From an uncultured Alphaproteobacteria bacterium (GTDB lineage: Bacteria > Pseudomonadota > Alphaproteobacteria > SP197): a stretch of DNA of 64,000 bases. The notes beneath the pieces were generated by a model. The model was not told the origin of the DNA. It searched no databases and saw only the letters and a program-made list of their open reading frames with translations. Shown one piece after another: positions 61,544-64,000 of the stretch (its first letter is position 1; each line of letters opens with the position of its first letter). The translations under genes and the position numbers were made by a program. The DNA lies in contig CALSLK010000015.1 of assembly GCA_943787175.1 (NCBI GenBank), positions 76,788 through 140,787 of the forward strand. Reading direction: 5' to 3'.

Positions 61544-64000
61544 TTACTCGGCAGCGTCTGCAGTTTTCCTGGTGATCTTGAGAAGATCAGCAAGGTAGTG
61601 GCCGGTATAGCTCTCAGGTGCGAGCGCAACCTCTTCAGGGGTGCCCTGAGCGACCACACGGCCGCCGCCATCGCCGCCTTCAGGACCCAGGTCGATCAGC
61701 CAGTCGGCGGTTTTGATGACTTCGAGGTTGTGCTCGATCACCAGCACCGTGTTACCGGTTTCGACCAGAGCATGCAGCACTTCGAGAAGCTTGCGCACGT
61801 CCTCGAAATGCAGGCCCGTGGTGGGCTCGTCCAGAATGTAGAGCGTTCGCCCGGTCGCGCGCCTTGCGAGTTCCTTGGCGAGCTTCACGCGCTGGGCTTC
61901 GCCGCCCGATAGCGTCGTCGCCGGTTGGCCGACCTTGATGTAGCCCAAGCCGACCTCTTGAGCATTTCCAGCTTGGTGCGGATCGCCGGCACGGCCTTGA
62001 AGAACTCCTGGCCCTTCTTCAACGGTCATATCAAGAACATCAGCTATCGATTTGTCTTTAAAGTAACTTCGAGGGTTTCCCTGTTGTAGCGTTTGCCCTT
62101 GCAGACGTCGCACTGGACGTAGACGTCGGGCAGGAAATGCATTTCGATCTTGATCAGCGCCGTCACCCTGGCAAGCCTCGCATCGGCCGCCCTTGACGTT
62201 GAAGCTGAAACGCCCGGGCTTGTAGCCCCGCGCCTTGGCTTCCGGCAGGCCGGCAAACCAATCGCGAATGGGTGTGAAGGCGCCGGTATAGGTCGCCGGG
62301 TTGGAGCGTGGTGTGCGCCCGATCGGCGACTGGTCGATGTCAACGACCTTGTCGAGAGCTGCACCCCGTCAGACGCTCGTGAGCGCCGGGATGCCCGTGC
62401 GCCGTTCAGCCGTTTGGCGAGCGCGCTGTAGAGCGTCTCGATGATCAGGGTCGATTTGCCGCTGCCGGAAACGCCCGTGACGCAGGTGAAGGTGCCCAGC
62501 GGGATCTCGGCGTTGACGTTCTTCAGGTTGTTGGCCGTGGCGCCCACGATCTTCAGACTTGTTTCTTGCGCCCCTTGCGGCGTTCTGGCCGGTCATCGGA
62601 TCTGGCGCATGCCGGTCAGGTACTGGCCGGTCAGGCTTGCGGGCTTCGCCATGACCTCCTCAGGCGTGCCCTCGGCCACAACATGGCCACCATGATCGCC
62701 GGCGCCGGGGCCCATGTCGACGACATAATCGGCCGTCGCGGATCGCTTCCTCGTCGTGTTCGACCACAATGACGGTGTTGCCCAGGTCGCGCAGGTTGCA
62801 GGGTGTCGAGCAGGCGCTGCGTTGTCGCGCTGATGCAGGCCGATGGAGGGCTCGTCCAGGACGTAAAGCACGCCGGTCAGGCCCGAGCCGATCTGCGATG
62901 CCAGGCGGATGCGCTGGCTCTCGCCGCCCGAAAGCGTCCGGAAGTGCGCGACAGGGTGAGGTATTCCAGCCCGACATTGTTGAGGAAGCCCAGCCGCTCG
63001 TTGATCTCCTTCAGAATCCGGACGGCGATCGCCTTCTGCTTTTCGCTTGAGCTCGCCTGTCAGCTCGTTGAACCAGCGGCCGCCCCGCCATCGACATCTC
63101 GGAAACTTCGGCGATATGCAGCGCTGCCGATTTTTACCGCCAGAGCCTCGGGCTTCAGGCGGTGGCCGTTGCAGGACTCGACAGGTGCCGTGTTCTGGTA
63201 CTTGGCCAGTTCCTCGCGCACCCAGGCACTTTCGGTCTCGCGCCAGCGCCTGTCCATATTGGGATGACGCCCTCAAGGGCTTGTTGGTCTCGATAGGTGC
63301 GCAGGCCGTCATCAAGGTCATGGTGACCGGCTTTCCCTGGCCGTACAGGATCTGGAGCGCACGTCTCGCGGAGATCGCTCCAGGGGGCGGTCTTTCTCTT
63401 GGAGTGTTCGGCGAGCTGATCCAGCGTCTGCACGTAGTACTGGCGAGGCGATTGCGCCCAGGGTGCGACGCGCCATTCCGCAGGCTGACTTCTCGTCAGG
63501 CACGACCAGTTCGGGGTCGAAGTAACAGTCGTATGCCCAGTCCATCGCAGGCGGGCAGGCGCCGAATGGGTTGTTGAAGGAGAACAGGCGCGGTTCGATC
63601 TCCTCGATCGTGAAGCCGGAGACCGGGCAGGCGAAACTTGGCGAGAATGATCGTCTGGTCGCCGTATCGGCATCTCTCGCGATCACCAGGCCGTCGGTCA
63701 GGCTGAGCGCCGTTTCGATGGAATCGGCCAGACGGTTGCTCAGGTCGCCTGCGACGACGACGCGGTCCACCACGACCTCGATGTCGTGCTTGTAGCTTCT
63801 TGTCGAGCGCCGGAGCGCTCTTCGATGTGTGAACTCGCCGTCGATCTTCGACACGCTGGAAGCCCGCGTCATGCAGATTCGGCCAGTTCCTTGCGATATT
63901 CGCCCTTGCGCCCGCGCACGATGGGCGCAAGCAGATAGAGTCGCGTGCCCTCGGGCATGGCCAAGACGCGGTCGACCATCTGGCTGATGGTCTGGCTTTC
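61544..64000 (-). pseudogene. uvrA: excinuclease ABC subunit A (3' two-thirds), many frame shifts; continues beyond window end
   Basis: C-terminal ABC module intact ([18 protein letters not shown]...[15 protein letters not shown]...[38 protein letters not shown]). Upstream UvrA segments (zinc finger, second signature [38 protein letters not shown]) are scattered over all three minus frames. Confidence 0.85.

Noticed and set aside
1-64000. Searched for CRISPR arrays, IS elements/transposases, integrases, prophage genes, tRNA and rRNA genes.
   Set aside because: No regularly spaced direct repeats. No ORF with transposase or integrase motifs. No tRNA-like structures found. The accessory block at 19-37 kb has no flanking mobility genes or direct repeats visible in this window.

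Overview
This is a high-GC (~62%) chromosomal segment that looks alphaproteobacterial. Most of it is conserved housekeeping synteny:
- rpmG (5' end)
- MFS transporter, NUDIX hydrolase
- rnr, topA, dprA, plsY, pyrC, pyrB
- ruvX, gatCAB
- dgt, argS, SPOR protein, nagZ, site-2 protease, scpA, scpB
- tatABC, serS, surE, pcm, LysM/M23 peptidase
- yajC, secD, secF, Mth938 protein
- two squalene/phytoene-synthase-like genes, trmFO, long-form dCTP deaminase, uvrA (3' part)

Between about 19.3 and 37 kb lies an accessory-looking block. It holds a Nu-class GST, a DDAH-like amidinotransferase, a DCC protein, DUF1989, two EamA exporters, ilvD-family dehydratase, a secreted multi-PPC-repeat protein and an XRE-cupin regulator next to an orphan SBP and a CocE/NonD hydrolase. 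It also contains a co-directional array of three GFA-family and three Asp/Glu-racemase-superfamily (maleate-isomerase-like) paralogs at 27.8-31.4 kb. That array is the best candidate for an undescribed metabolic module.

A 761-aa in-frame tandem fusion of two transsulfuration PLP-enzyme domains sits directly after gatB.

Many conserved genes, essential ones included, are split across reading frames. This is most likely assembly indels rather than true pseudogenes. At least one break sits at a C6 homopolymer, and intact and broken stretches alternate along the window. Because of this, coordinates of internal starts and frameshift positions are approximate (+/-3 nt).

I found no tRNA, rRNA, CRISPR array or transposase/integrase.
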